Assembly: GCA_034780895.1 (NCBI GenBank)
Contig: JAUZTB010000069.1
Span: forward strand, 5,763,870 to 5,827,869
Reading direction: 5' to 3'
DNA: 64,000 bases
From: Rhynchobatus australiae
Lineage: Eukaryota
Shown: piece after piece, positions 13,038-26,699 of the stretch
Layout: every line of letters begins with the position of its first letter
Numbering within the stretch: the stretch's first letter is position 1
The notes under the pieces: model-generated
The model's database searches: none
The model's input: the letters and a program-made list of their open reading frames with translations, nothing else
What the model was told of the DNA's origin: nothing
Translations under genes and position numbers: made by a program

Positions 13038-14313
13038 NNNNNNNNNNNNNNNNNNNNNNNNNNNNNNNNNNNNNNNNNNNNNNNNNNNNNNNNNNNNNNN
13101 NNNNNNNNNNNNNNNNNNNNNNNNNNNNNNNNNNNNNATAGCGAAACTGCGCAGTCATTATTTGTACTCGGCCGATGTCTATATAAACGATAAGTAATGG
13201 TTAAATAATTAAGTACATTTCTTCCTGAAGATTGTAGAAGTTGCTCACTGGTGTGTAACAGCCCTACCTTTGTGATTCACATTGCAATGTAACTAAATGT
13301 GACCTTTGTAAGCAGCACTCAAAATCAGTAAGTGGAACCAAACTTTTCTAAAATCAGTTTTATGACTAGTTTGAGAACTTGTTGGTTTACTGAGATGAGT
13401 GTGCAGAAGTAGTGACTGTTCCACAATGTGTCATGTAGATTCATTTTTTTTACATAAACTGAGCTTTTCTGAATTTTGTTTGGATTGGAGATATTGCATA
13501 CACAATGATATTAACAGACTTGTGAAAGATAAGTAAGTTGTTGAGTGTGAAGATAAACTCCATGTTGTTTGCCAGCATTATATTATTTCATTCCTTTAAT
13601 TCAATTTTTTTTAATGATAGTAATTTGCATATAGAAAATTTCTGGTAAGAATGGCAATTGCTTTGTGTTTGTAAGAGATGCTAGAACTGCTGAATAATTT
13701 TTCCAGATCGAAAGACATTATTACACTCTGGATGTTGAACATCACTGTCTTTAATTGATTTTGGTCTTTAGTTACTGGCTTTTTTTGTGTTTTTTGCTTC
13801 TGTACTGATGTTTAACCTTTGATTATAAATTGGTTAACGTCAGTCACAACTGATTCACTGTTTAGAGCAGCAGAAGAAAAAAAGTTTGAATCCAATTTTT
13901 TTTTCCCCTCTGGTATACTTCACCTTCATACTGAATCAATTAATTTGAGATTTCATATTTGCATTCTGAAATCCTGGTACAATGGATAAATGCCAATATA
14001 TAATTAAGGTTTGAAATAAGATCAGGCATTTTAAGTAGATGCACAATTAGTCTGCTTCTGTAACAAGATTTTCCAGTTTAACCTGCTGAGGAATAATTTC
14101 TTTTAATGTTTATAATCTTTAAATGTATTACCATTCTCAGCAAAATAAATCAATAGTTTTGTTTGGGCTTACTTTTTCTTTCATACAGANNNNNNNNNNN
14201 NNNNNNNNNNNNNNNNNNNNNNNNNNNNNNNNNNNNNNNNNNNNNNNNNNNNNNNNNNNNNNNNNNNNNNNNNNNNNNNNNNNNNNNNNGGGCTTACTTT
14301 TTCTTTCATACAG

Positions 14314-14442
14314 ATTCAGTTAGGGAGTTCCATGTATATTGATGCATGGATGGTAAGAGTTTGGAAACATTGCTTTGGATGATAATAAGCAAAGAATAGC
14401 AAATTAAGTTGTTTACTAATTGCCTAATGCCATGTAATGCTG
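14314..14442 (+). other. GAPVD1: Candidate non-coding 5'UTR exon of GAPVD1 (39 nt with donor after 14352, or 129 nt with donor after 14442)
   Basis: Acceptor cttactttttctttcatacag|A and two strong donors, ATG|gtaaga and CTG|gtaagt. Splice-signal evidence only. Confidence 0.45.
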
Positions 14443-15470
14443 GTAAGTAATTGAAAATACTTAACTGAGGGACTTCAGTTAAGCCAAAAGGAAGTTTCAA
14501 GTGATTCTTTAACACTTCAGGCTGTATAAAGGTAATTGTGCAGATTATCACACTGGTTGGAGAAGCCTGCATTTTATTTGTGGGACAGCTGTTATTTTTG
14601 ACAATTTTAAAAAGTACTACTTAAAGCAGAATAAGTAATAAAGGAATAGAAATAATTAGAACCACCGATCACCTCTTTCATTGGAGAGCTTTGTCTCTTA
14701 AAGCTTTACTTGGATATGAATTCAAAATATACTATAGTGAAAACATTAATTCAGCAAGAGTAAAGGTTTAGAACTTTTAGTTATTTGCATGTTGCTGTTT
14801 TCAAGCTTGTGTTTCTTAGAGCAAGTGGTGGAAACAGCAAACAGCATGACATTTTAAATTCTTCACTCTTCACTTTTTCTTTTGTCATTCAGTCCTGCCC
14901 CAAAGTTATTTAAATTAATTCCATTTTGGAACTTCAATTTGTTTGTGCAATGAGGTTATTGAAGTAGTATATTCCATCAGATCATCTTGAAGATAATCCT
15001 TGTAAGTCACCTACCATGTAAAGTATTTTCTTCATGGGACTGTCATTTCCTCTTAAATTAGTGTTGCTATATTGCTCCATTATTGGTGAGGAGCCTTGTT
15101 ATTTTTAGCACTAAAGCATTAAATTTTTGACATCCAACATAATTTTAATGTTCTTGTTTACACTTTATAAAGGTCTGCTGGCAATTATATTTTTACCTAT
15201 TGATTTAGTGTGCTCTGTGTAATCGGTTCAATAGCAATTCATTTTGTGGTCATTTTATTTATTTCCTGACACACATCTTTATCATATGCACAAAGATTGT
15301 TTTTGGTGCCTTTCTTGATGCCTTTATATGAGCATTGATTTGATATTGTTAAACAACTACTGTAGAAATGTCTTGCATCAATACTTTTAAGAAAAAAATC
15401 ACTCATGGAATTCGGTGTTTCTAGCATTCAAAATTGATTCTGGACTGCTAGGCTTGCTAGGCTATTTCAG

Positions 15471-15677
15471 AGGGCAAAAAGCAAACTGCTGGAAGAAATT
15501 AGCCGATTAGGCAGCATCTGTTGAGGCAAAGGGATGGCTGAAGTTTTCAGTCAAGACCCCACATCAGGAAACATCAACCATCCTTTTGCCTCCATAGATA
15601 TTGCTTGATCTGCTGGTTTCTTCCAGTAGTTTGCCTTTTGCTCCAGATTCCAGCATCTCCAGTCTTGTGTGTTTCCA
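15471..15677. mobile_element. Fold-back pair of Penelope-like terminal repeats (~75-bp inverted arms)
   Basis: 15471-15547 is approximately the reverse complement of 15569-15644. The pair is inserted in an older SINE. Confidence 0.8.
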
Positions 15678-17484
15678 TTTCTGGGCGTGTTTGCGTTAAT
15701 CATCTTGTTGTTGATTTTGAATTTGCATTCTGGCCAGGTAATTAGAGCAGGTTTCCTTTCCTAACTTAGTGAACCAGTTGGTTTTTAATGACAGTCTAAA
15801 TGTTGCCATTTTCAAAAACAAAATTTCAAATTTAAAATGGATACATTGAAAGTTGTAAGTCAGCCCATAACATTGTAGCAGTCAGTGTAATTAGTGGTAA
15901 TAGAAAAAGCCACAAACACCCAGCATGTTGGGTAGCATCTACGTACAGAGATACTGAGTTAACATTTTGGGTTGATGGCTTGTTAGGGGAAAGTTGTCTG
16001 AGAAATTTTATAATAAGTTTATTCCTTTCATCATGTCTGTGTGAACTTGGTCATTGGGTGAATGCAAATTTCACTTTACTTTTTGCATTACAAACAGGCC
16101 CATTCCATCTGTGCTTTCCAATAAAGTGTCAAATTACAGTACCAAATTTTCTTTTTAATAACAGGATGAGGCACCTTGCTGAATATTTACTCTTTAATCT
16201 TTATACGCTGGAGCTGATGGTGTCTTTTTATTATTCTTGAAGCAGCTGGTATTTGAATTTCTTTTAGTCATTGAGAAAAACTAAGATGATTTGTATTTGG
16301 TAATTAACATTTTGTTCGAAATAGTTAAAATGTGGGCAATTTGTCATGTTATTGGAGCTGTTTCTGATTTAGTTTTTACTTTTTTGGGCTCTTAACTGTA
16401 TAAAGCAAATGCAAGGAGCAATATAGAACATGGCTGCGTTTTGGGACTGGATGGGACTTTGCATCCTGCAAATTTTGTATTTATATTTTGTATGTGTATT
16501 GGCTTCTGATTCTCAGATTGTTTGCTTCAGTAATCCCTTGATTCTTAATGTACAGGGTATGGTACTTCATTTAAATAGTTTCTGGTATTTTTGTGGTAGA
16601 TGCATCACCCCACTGTCATGTGTCATAAAATGATTGTAAATCAGAATATAACACTGATTATCAGTTGTACATGTGGAAAAATGTTGCTTCATTTAATCCT
16701 GTATTAGTAAAAGGTAACTTAAAACGTACTATTTTTTCCATTCTTTTTGAAATTTTTGTCATATTCTCTTAACGAATTAAATGTGAAATTAATGAAACTA
16801 AGAAGAAAATCTTTGAAATGGCATATTGCAAGGATAGTTAGTGCTATAATTCTCCATTATTATTTATTGAATTTTATTAACAAGCGGGTGAAAATGTGTG
16901 GCTGTCAGTGAAGTATTACCTGGTAAATATTTTGTAACTGGAATAAATTAGATTGACAATATTTTGTGCTGAATTAATTTAACGTCATTATCCTGTCATC
17001 ATGCTTATTAATTTGGAAGTTTTTTTTACTTGCAAAAATTAGTAAGCAGCTCTGTTTCATCGGCACAGAATATGCGAATACATCCATAAAATTGGAAGCT
17101 CACTGCACTTAAGTTTGTTGCCATGGATGCATTAGTAAAGGAGATAAATACAATCTGCCTGGATTACTCCTGTGCATCTGGGAAAGTATATAATCATGAC
17201 ATTGTTTTAAGCAGACAGACAAATCTGTATCTCTTGCTTTTGGCCTTGACAGTTGTGTTATTTTGGAGGATCAAAGGGAGGATTCCAAATTTAGGTTTCC
17301 CGTGTGATGAATTAATTTTGCAGTGGCCAGTATCATTAACTCGATGCACATTGTGGAGTTAACTTGATTCGCATTGTAAAATGTTTCTGGCAACTTATAA
17401 CTGCTCAGTTTGTACCTATCCAGCTGGGTCTTAATTTTTTTGCCTTGCTTTTACAGTTGGTATACCCTCCTGTGCCATTTGAAG

Positions 17485-17669
17485 ATGGTGAAGCCTGATC
17501 TTCACACTCTGGCCCATCACCTCAAGCAAGAACGTCTTTATGTGAACTCTGAAAAGCAATTGCTTCAACGGTTAAATGCAGATGTGCTCAAAACTGCAGA
17601 AAAATTGTACTGTTCAGCATGGATTGCAAAGCAACAGCGAATTAACTTGGACCGTCTAATACTGACAAG
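17485..17669 (+). CDS. GAPVD1: GAPVD1 first coding exon (exon starts 17457, ATG at 17485)
   Basis: MVKPDLHTLAHHLKQERLYVNSEKQLLQRLNADVLKTAEKLY...RINLDRLILT matches the recalled vertebrate GAPVD1 N-terminus. Acceptor ttttacag|, Kozak AAGATGG, donor AG|gtaaga; 185 nt, ends in phase 2. Confidence 0.97.
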
Positions 17670-19611
17670 GTAAGATCAATGTGAATTTAGTGCTATATTC
17701 AAATGCATGACTGTAATAAAAAAATACAAGACTAAATCTCACTTTGGCAAACTACTTCAGTGTTGTTCAGTATTAGTTACAGATGCTCTCAGTATTTGCT
17801 TATGAGTAATGTGTTAATTTCAACTGTACATTTGTTTGTACAATTCACAATCCAATTATTGCATGTAAGAGTTTTAATGGGCACTAGTGAAGGAAACTTT
17901 TATCCAAGCAGAAAAAAATTAGCTGCTGCTAAGGAGAAACAATAGTCATAGAATCAATTCAGTCAAATGCAAATTAGATTTGTCAGGAAGCAGTATNNNN
18001 NNNNNNNNNNNNNNNNNNNNNNNNNNNNNNNNNNNNNNNNNNNNNNNNNNNNNNNNNNNNNNNNNNNNNNNNNNNNNNNNNNNNNNNNNNNNNNNNNNNN
18101 NNNNNNNNNNNNNNNNNNNNNNNNNNNNNNNNNNNNNNNNNNNNNNNNNNNNNNNNNNNNNNNNNNNNNNNNNNNNNNNNNNNNNNNNNNNNNNNNNNNN
18201 NNNNNNNNNNNNNNNNNNNNNNNNNNNNNNNNNNNNTGCTGAATCCCTTCTGGGTTACTTTGCAGCTGGTTATTACCTTTTGACTAAAACAACCAATGCC
18301 AATTTAAGAAGAATGAGTTTAATCTGACAAAGAAATTATGCATTTGATCCCTTGTGTTTCCATTGCACTAAATTATCAATTGGTGTGTTAACATTAATAG
18401 CACTGAAAATTGATGCAAATCTTGAATTTTTGTTCCTCTGTTCAAATTAATTGGAATTCATTTTTACTTTACAACCAGTTCTAATTGTAAAGTTGGTGGC
18501 TGCTGTCAAGGTTTATTGCCCTTTTTTTGATCTGGGAAGGTGGTGGTGAGCTGCTGCTTTGAACTCATCCAGTCTGTGTGCTGAAGGCATTTTCACAACT
18601 TCAGGTTACTGAAGGTGTGGCAATGATGATGCATGTTTGGACTTGTATGAATGTTTCTCCATGTTTTTAATTGAAATATTTTGCTGTTGCTGATTTTTTT
18701 TTCGTTCTTAAATGGCTGCAACACTGGGAATCACTGTATGAATTGTGTTCTCATGTCTATACTATAAATTACATGATTCCCTATCTCACAATTTACATGC
18801 ATTGCATATGGTAATAGGAGGGTTGAAATAGTGGCAAGTTTGGTGGAGAAAAAATGTAATTGGCACTCATTTGACTTCAGGTCTCAAGATTAGCCTGATA
18901 TTGCATTTAAACATAGCATAAAATTATCATTTGTACTGAATGCAGGGCATGATGAGACTCTTGATGATTTAGAATTGAGACTTAACTGAATGGGGCGTGG
19001 ATACAGATTGGAGAAAAGCAATGGAAAGCAGTAGAATGGATTGTATTAGGGAGAAATTTTCTGTCCGGCTGAAACAAACTATGGAGATGCACTGAAATAG
19101 ACAAGTAGAAAAATAACAATGGGCAGACAATGAAGAATTTAACAGGGAAGTGAGAGCCCAGGTGGTTACCCAGGTTGGCTTTCTTCTGACTGTTGACAAA
19201 TCTATAAAAATGGAGAGAAGGCTGTAATTGAGCATGTTGCATGCCTCTGTGATTCACTATTGAGATGTACCCTTCTACTTGGTCATTTCTCGCCTGGAAT
19301 TCTGGACAATGATCCATGGTCCATTTATTTCCCTCTCCTGATTATTATTTTTTTCTCTTTTTGGCCACACTTGGTTGTAGTTTCTTGTTGTGTAACAATT
19401 GCCCAACATTACAGCTGTCCTGAATTAGAGTTCCAAAGTCAAGTTTTCTAAGCAACAGCTGGCGGCTGGGGATAAATTACCCAATTCCATTTAGAAATAC
19501 TCGAATGAGCATGCAGGTTTGTTCCAGGGTTGGTCTTTGTGGAACACCAGATTTACTTAAAGCAAGCTTCAGACTTCACATCCCTTGAATGGGCATTGCA
19601 GTATTCTGCAG

Positions 19612-20511
19612 ACGTGAAACTGCATATGCTGTAATCTGGAACAAAAAACAAATTCCTGGAGGAACAAGCAGATTCAGTGGAAGGAAGATGATTGTCAATG
19701 TTTCAGGTCAAGACCCTGCATCAGGACAGAATGGAGAGGGAAGATGGCCAGTATAGAGAGGGAGTTGTGAGATAGGCCAGTAGGTGATAGGTGGGATGAT
19801 GGGCAAATGGAGCCAGGTAATGGTGGGGCGAATGAAGTTGGGAGACAGAGGTAGGTGGGTGATTGGTGGAAGCAGGTGAGGGGAGAAAAATGGGGCAGAT
19901 AGTCAGGTGGGGGATAGGAGGGTGAGTGTGGAGGCTGATGAGCAGGCACACAGAGTACAGGTGCTGGAATTTGATAGGTGAGGAAGGTGTTAATGGGAAC
20001 CATTTGAAGACGAGATGGAACCAGATGAGATCCAGCTAGTGAAGTGGATGGGTAGTATGTGCGTGGAACATTGGGCGATGGGGGGGCTTGAGGGGAGTGT
20101 GCGAAAGGAAACAAAAATGGGAGGACTGGGATGGATTTGAAGGAGATAAGCAGGGAAACATGGGGTAAGAGTTATCTGAAATTGGAAAATTCAGTGTTCT
20201 TTGAGTTGTAGATAACCCAGGTGGAATATGAGATGATGTTGAAGTTCATGTTTGGCCTCTCTAGTGGTGGTGAAGATTGAAGGGCAGACAGGTTGGTGTT
20301 AAATGGGAAAGGGAGTTGAAATGGCATTCATATGGGAGCTTTGGATGGCCGTTGTGGAGAGCGCACCATCTGCCCATCTCCCTCATCCTTAGTCCACCTT
20401 ATCTATGGCCCCTGTCTCACCCCTCAACCTCTCTTTATACTGGCTTTCGGTCCTGGTGCAGTGTCTGGATCAGAAATGTCAATAATTCCCTTCCCCTCCA
20501 CAGATGCTGTT
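19612..20511 (-). mobile_element. Penelope-like element: pLTR + GIY-YIG remnant (minus), followed by an inverted pLTR (plus, ~20363-20511)
   Basis: Hammerhead-like motif at 19692-19729 (minus). 20170-20360 on the minus strand resembles CHFNSLSH...HHLIFHLGYLQ...EFSNFR*. An inverted copy ends at the gap. Confidence 0.8.
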
Positions 20512-21619
20512 NNNNNNNNNNNNNNNNNNNNNNNNNNNNNNNNNNNNNNNNNNNNNNNNNNNNNNNNNNNNNNNNNNNNNNNNNNNNNNNNNNNNNNNNN
20601 NNNNNNNNNNNNNNNNNNNNNNNNNNNNNNNNNNNNNNNNNNNNNNNNNNNNNNNNNNNNNNNNNNNNNNNNNNNNNNNNNNNNNNNNNNNNNNNNNNNN
20701 NNNNNNNNNNNNNNNNNNNNNNNNNGTAATGGGAAAAGTCTTAAAAGATAAAATCGTAAAATGGAAAGACCCTACCTACTTATCATAACAAAGATTTGCA
20801 ATCACACAAGATATTTCATGACCTCTAAACATCTCAGACCTCTGCAGCCAATTTACTACTTCTGACGTGTCTAGTGAATCATACACTACAAGCCTATTCG
20901 GGTCCTTTGTCAGCACTAGTTTGTACAAAGACGTCGCCAATTAGTTTGACTGCTCTTTCCCCTGTGTTGCCAATTTTTAGTTTTGAGGTATATATCCAGT
21001 TCCTTTTTGGTTCTTCTAAATCTGCTTCCACCACCCTCCCATACATTGCAGTTTATAATTTAAAATGAACTCTCTTCATCCTGTAACTTAATTATTTTAA
21101 AACTGCTTATCTGGAAATTGACTATCCTGCCAGTGGGGTCAATTTCCCCATAATTATTCATATAAAAAAAACCCTGATTTTGAGCACCAAATGAAATTAA
21201 TTTGGAAAGCTTAAAGCCTAGCAAAGAATTATTTGTAACATTTGGGTTAATAGGACACCAATGTTGAGGGGGAGAACTGCTGATAGAAATGTTGCAATTT
21301 GTAAATAATTACAGATATAACCAATATGACTGTTCCAATCTACTTTACCGATGGGCATATGTCTACCTCATTTTGACTGGAGCTGCAATTATTATAAATT
21401 GTGAACTTACATTTGAAATTTTCTTCCAAGACTTAATCCTTGATAACATTTTATGGCTATCAGATATTGAGATGCCTGAATTATTTTATAGATTATTTTT
21501 TTAAGGATTATTTTAGATTTGTAAGTAGATTTTTGGCTGTTCTCACACATGAGAAGCTTCAGGAGAATGACTTAAAACCAAGCACTTGAAAGCTACTCTG
21601 CCAATGATTGTATTGATTC

Positions 21620-21870
21620 TTCACCCAAGGGCAAGGACAGCAGGGGAAAACCACCATCTGTAGATTTCCTTTCACGTCGCATGCCACCCTGGCTTGAAAA
21701 TATATTGCCAGTCCTTCATCACCATTTGGTCTAAATCCTGAGCTACTTGCCTTACAGCACTGTGGGAGCATCTTCACCAGAAGAGACTACATCAGCTCAC
21801 CACCACTTACTTGGAAGCATTTGGAGATGCTAAATAACTGCTGGCCTTCCTAGTGATGCCCTGAATGAAT
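21620..21870 (+). mobile_element. Old LINE 3' end sharing its tail with the local tRNA-SINE family
   Basis: caccatctgtagatttcc...cagctcaccaccacttac...aaataactgctggccttcctagtgatgccc; the tail resembles the SINE end at ~48600-48660. Confidence 0.55.
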
Positions 21871-24299
21871 ATATTGTAGAGCTGGGTAACTAGAGAAAGC
21901 AATTCGTACAAAGAGCATCCAGATGAGAAAAAAGTGAATATTTATGTGGCTGAGAATTATGCAATGATGTATACAGTATTTTTAGCTTGCATTTGATGGC
22001 ATATACCTGACAGTTTTAGGAGATATTAATTTTAAAGCCATACACTTGTTTTGCTGGTGGTTTAAAAAAAGTTAACAACTTGCATCAGTTCTTCCTCACC
22101 AATCCTTAGTTGAATTGAATTGGTGGATTTTGGACACTTGTGCATGGTCTATGTTATTTGCCAATACCATTTCTTTATTAAATTTGGCTCTGAAGGTGTT
22201 AGCACTGAGGATCTTGCACGTTGTTGTTGACAAACTATTTGATGTTATAAAGGCATGATGCCAAAGTTTGATACTGTCTTTGATGTTCAAACAAGCATTC
22301 TGTTCCTGTGTGGATCCAAGTTAGCATTTAAGAGGAGGAACTGTTAGATTTTCTTGTTCCTTTGCTGGGGGCAATTTGCATAATTCCAGTTCCTATGTTA
22401 TGCTAAAACAAACAGCTAAGATGCTGGCATGTGCATACCATATTTTTGCTAAATTCTGTTTAGCAGTTCTGTCTTTTGGACTGGGACATTGCAAATGACA
22501 CTCCATTATTGAGAGAGGGAGGAGGGAGAAAGTCAGACACTACAGACTTGTCAGTTTCTCTTAGTTACAGAGCAACTGAGCAAGAAATTGTGAAATGATC
22601 TAGAAATTGTAAGTTCATAGTTAATGGCTTCTCTAAATATATTCTATTTAACTTTTCCCTCAAAATACTTATTCTATTTTATTGAACCTAAAATATTTCA
22701 CTTATTAATACAATTAGCTGTGCATAACTCCAACTTGTCGACATCTGGCAGATGTTTGGAGAGCTGATTTCCCTTTTTTGCTTTTTATCTGTAAATGTAA
22801 TCTGTTGCTTTACGCAAGGCACAATAAAGATTGAGGACTTGCTAATAACTATAAGTACGTGCATGTCTTGATATTCTAATCTGCCAGATTCAAGGTAACT
22901 AAATTCAAGCTAAGAATCAGTCTACATATTGGAGTAACTCTTTAATTTCTCTGGTTCAAAAATTAAAATTTGACCATGTAACAAGACAACTTATTATTTT
23001 TCTTTCAGTTAGTGAAAAACAGAAGCAAATTGAAATGTGAGGAAGCCTCTTGATTTACCTAGTGGGGTAGTTGGCTGGTTTGGATGCTGGATTAGTTGAG
23101 AAGCACGAGGAAAATTAGCTATGGTTGATTAGGAGAATACATAGAAAGGTATGACATGGAGAGGCAGTGGTTAGCATTTAAATAAAAAATAAAGCGCAAC
23201 TTGCAAAAGAAAATGTTCCTTTTAGACACGCAACCTCAATAAGAAGTGATTCAAAATCTCTGGAATTTCAGGTGACAGCCTGAGCATCCACCTCTAAAGC
23301 CACCTCTTTCAAAACTTCGGAATGTGAATCATTCAGTCCCTAGGATTTATCAGGTTTCAAACTCACCAGCACTATATTTTGACTAATCCAAGTCTTTCTG
23401 ACTGATGAAAAATTAAGATGGTTTTAAATTCAAGGCAGAGGCTTACGGACTTGCTGGAAATGCTCATTGGGAGCATTTTGAAACCAGCTAAGGAGGACCA
23501 AGAAATTGATAAGAAAGGCAAGATAAAATACAAGAGTAGACCTGATGAGAAACAGAAGTGCTTGCAGTCTGTTTTGATAGCTACAGCAGAAAGAAACAGC
23601 AGTAGAAAGTTTATAAATGCCCAAGCACCGGATGATTTGCATTCCAGTGTTTTGTTGTTGACATTTTTGAAAGCACAAGAAACGATGATAGAGTCCACTT
23701 TGAAATTTCAAATGATAATCAGATTTGGAGAGCAAGAAGTACTGTTGAGTGATTACAAAGAAGAATGTTATTGTGACGTGTAATGGCAAACACAAAGCAT
23801 TTTCTTTCAATAACTTCCTGGTAGATTGATGGTGTACAGTGGTGTACAAGACAGATTTGGTGCATGGTGCTTCGTATTTGGCATATCGTGCTGACTTTGT
23901 TAGCTGGAGGCACTATAGTTAGCTGTAGTTCACTAAAAGTGTATAATTTGAGAAAACTCCTGGAGCAGGAACTCAAAGTTGGAACTTCCAGTTGTTGTGT
24001 ACAGCAGTTACTCTAATGATTGTTGGGAAGCCAGAAGTAGAGATGTGCTGGTACATCAAAATTAAATCTCAATCTGAACCTGAGGATGTTGTTTTGATAG
24101 TTGTAGCCCAACCTGAACCCAAGAAGTACAGTCAGGCCCTGTTGAGTTCAGGTTGGGTGGCCAGGCTTGAGCTGGAAGGGAACTAAACTTCTGATGTAAG
24201 TTATTCACCTGGCAATGTGTCAGGTACCTTTAAAATAATTTGGTTGATACTAATAATGCCTATATTTGGAAAAAATATACTGTTCCCTTTTTATTTCAG

Positions 24300-25161
24300 T
24301 GTTGAAGCATCTCCAGCTGAATGTTGCAAACATGCCAAAATCTTGGAGGATACACAGTTTGTGGATGGTTACAAGCAGCTGGGATTCCAAGAGACATTGT
24401 ATGGTGAATTTTTAAGTCGGCTCAGAGAAAACCCAAGACTCGTTGCCTCGTGTCTAGTTGCTGGGGAGAAGCTTAATCATGAGAGCACCCACAGTGTCAT
24501 CCTTACAGTGTTTACTGCCCTTTATGGTAACTGCATTATGCAGGAAGATGAGAGTTACCTTCTGCAAGTATTGCGTTACCTGATTGAGTTTGAACTGAAA
24601 GAAAGTGATAATCCTCGGCGGTTGCTTCGAAAAGGTGCTTGTACTTTCAGCATTTTATTCAAACTTTTTTCAGAGGGGCTGTACTCTGCAAAGCTTTTTC
24701 TCACAGCAACCTTGCATGAACCAATAATGCTGCTGCTTGTTGAAGATGAGGATCACTTGGAAACTGACCCAAATAAGCTTATTGAAAGATTTACTCCAGC
24801 GCAACAGGAGAAACTTTTTGGGGAAAAGGGCACAGAGCAATTCAGACGGAAGGTGCAGGAGATGGTAGAGAGTAACGAAGCAAAGCTGGTAGCTTTGGTG
24901 AACAAGTTTATTGGATATCTCAAACAGAATACTTACTGTTTTCCACATAGCTTGCGNNNNNNNNNNAGCTTGCGTTGGATTGTGTCACAAATGTATAAAA
25001 CCTTATCTTGCATGGAGGGGCTGGATATTGGGGAGGTGAAGGCCATGTGCACAGATCTATTGCTTGCCTACTTCATTTGCCCTGCAATCGTGAATCCAGA
25101 ACAGTATGGGATAATTTCTGATGCTCCAATTAATGAAGTGGCAAGATTTAATTTGATGCAG
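24300..25161 (+). CDS. GAPVD1: GAPVD1 coding exon 2, RasGAP domain
   Basis: (S)VEASPAECCKHAKILEDTQFVDGYKQLGFQE...FICPAIVNPEQYGIISDAPINEVARFNLMQ; tttcag| and CAG|gtaaga; phase 2 to 0. A 10-N gap with duplicated agcttgcg adds 18 artefactual nt (true length 844). Confidence 0.98.
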
Positions 25162-26699
25162 GTAAGATTATTTTCTGCTATTTAAGTAAATTGTCAAGAT
25201 TATTCTTCAATATTTTGTTTACATCCTCCGTGATGAAACTGGAATTCAACCTCACTGGTTATCTGTAAATGAAACAACCTTGGGGAATGTTTTGGATTAT
25301 TCGTTAGCCTAAATCCCAAAGAAAATGTTCTTTTGATACCTTTGCCAATGATGTTCTCATCAGTGTGATTATGTCATCAATCCATAAAAGGGACAGCACT
25401 TACTCTTTCTTTTTCTCTTTCATATTAGATCACTGCTAGCCTTGTGGGGAACTTGGTTGATTATAAAAACATTCTTGTACTTATTTGTTAAATACATATG
25501 ATGTGGGAAATGTATTTTTATGCACACACTTGTCTATGTATAACATTGTCTAGAATAGAATTTGGAATATGATTTCTTGTGCAAGGTTATCCAAATCAAA
25601 CATTAGGTCAGCATGTCACTCTGGTGACTCTGTTCTCTTGCTATTTTAATTTTTTAAAAACTCTTGACTAAGCACTATGTGGAGAATAGATAACCATTGA
25701 AGGGAAATTGAGCAGGGATATCAAACTTGGTTGATTCAGGCTTAATATTGAGAACACTGATAAACTTCAGAAAGCTGTAAACCCAAAACTGCCAAAAAGA
25801 TTTGCTTTAACAAAAATAAAAGCAAAATAAAACAAAGAAATTGAAGCAGTCTGTTGTGTAGGGCAATTTTTTTTTACTGTANNNNNNNNNNNNNNNNNNN
25901 NNNNNNNNNNNNNNNNNNNNNNNNNNNNNNNNNNNNNNNNNNNNNNNNNNNNNNNNNNNNNNNNNNNNNNNNNNNNNNNNNTGCTTGACTTATTAGTGTT
26001 TTTGATCTAATTTTTGCTGCATTGTATGTCTTCATTTTATACTAATCAGACCTGAGTTTGTACATTGGTAATGCATGAACTTGCATTGCATTTAATGTTG
26101 CACAACAGTTTCACTAACGATTCCTATACCAGCAGCCACTTCACCATAGAGAGGAACTTAAATGATTACCCACCAGTTTAACTGGTACTAGAATGGATAT
26201 GTGTCTCTTTTTCCTACAAAACTAAAGTAAATTACACAATTCTGTTAATCTGGTTTTGTTCTATTTATTTAAGTTTGTAACCACGATGTTTGTCAATCTG
26301 TTTTTAACGATGGATATTTTTGATGGTTATTGTTACCTGTTCTTGTGGGTGAGTGTATTTATACCCTTGCAATGTAGTGATAAAGCATAAAGTAAATGGG
26401 ATCAGGCATATATAAAATGACTCTCAACAGTGCTAACCAGTTTTCTACCTTGCCCATTTCTCTTAACCTTCTATCAATACCACTTTTTTTTGATGCGTCT
26501 TGCATCTTCTATGACACAATTTTCTGCACTTAATTTCCCCTCTGAGCTTCCAGCATGTGCTCACCAGCCCCAATATCATAACCAAATGTTGTAAGGAAAC
26601 GTAAGGAAATCACTTGGTTTCATCATTCTGCGAGCTCCACGTTGCATAGCACTTAACTGATTTTTATTTCTTTGAGAAAACCATTAACTGATTGCTTGT

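Noticed and set aside
18949-18990. ATGATGA...CTGA snoRNA-like boxes
   Set aside because: Only ~40 nt apart, with no terminal stem.
23372-23976. Cluster of overlapping 85-139 aa ORFs on both strands
   Set aside because: No recognisable domain, no convincing splice signals, and it lies inside an intron whose flanking exons already join in phase.
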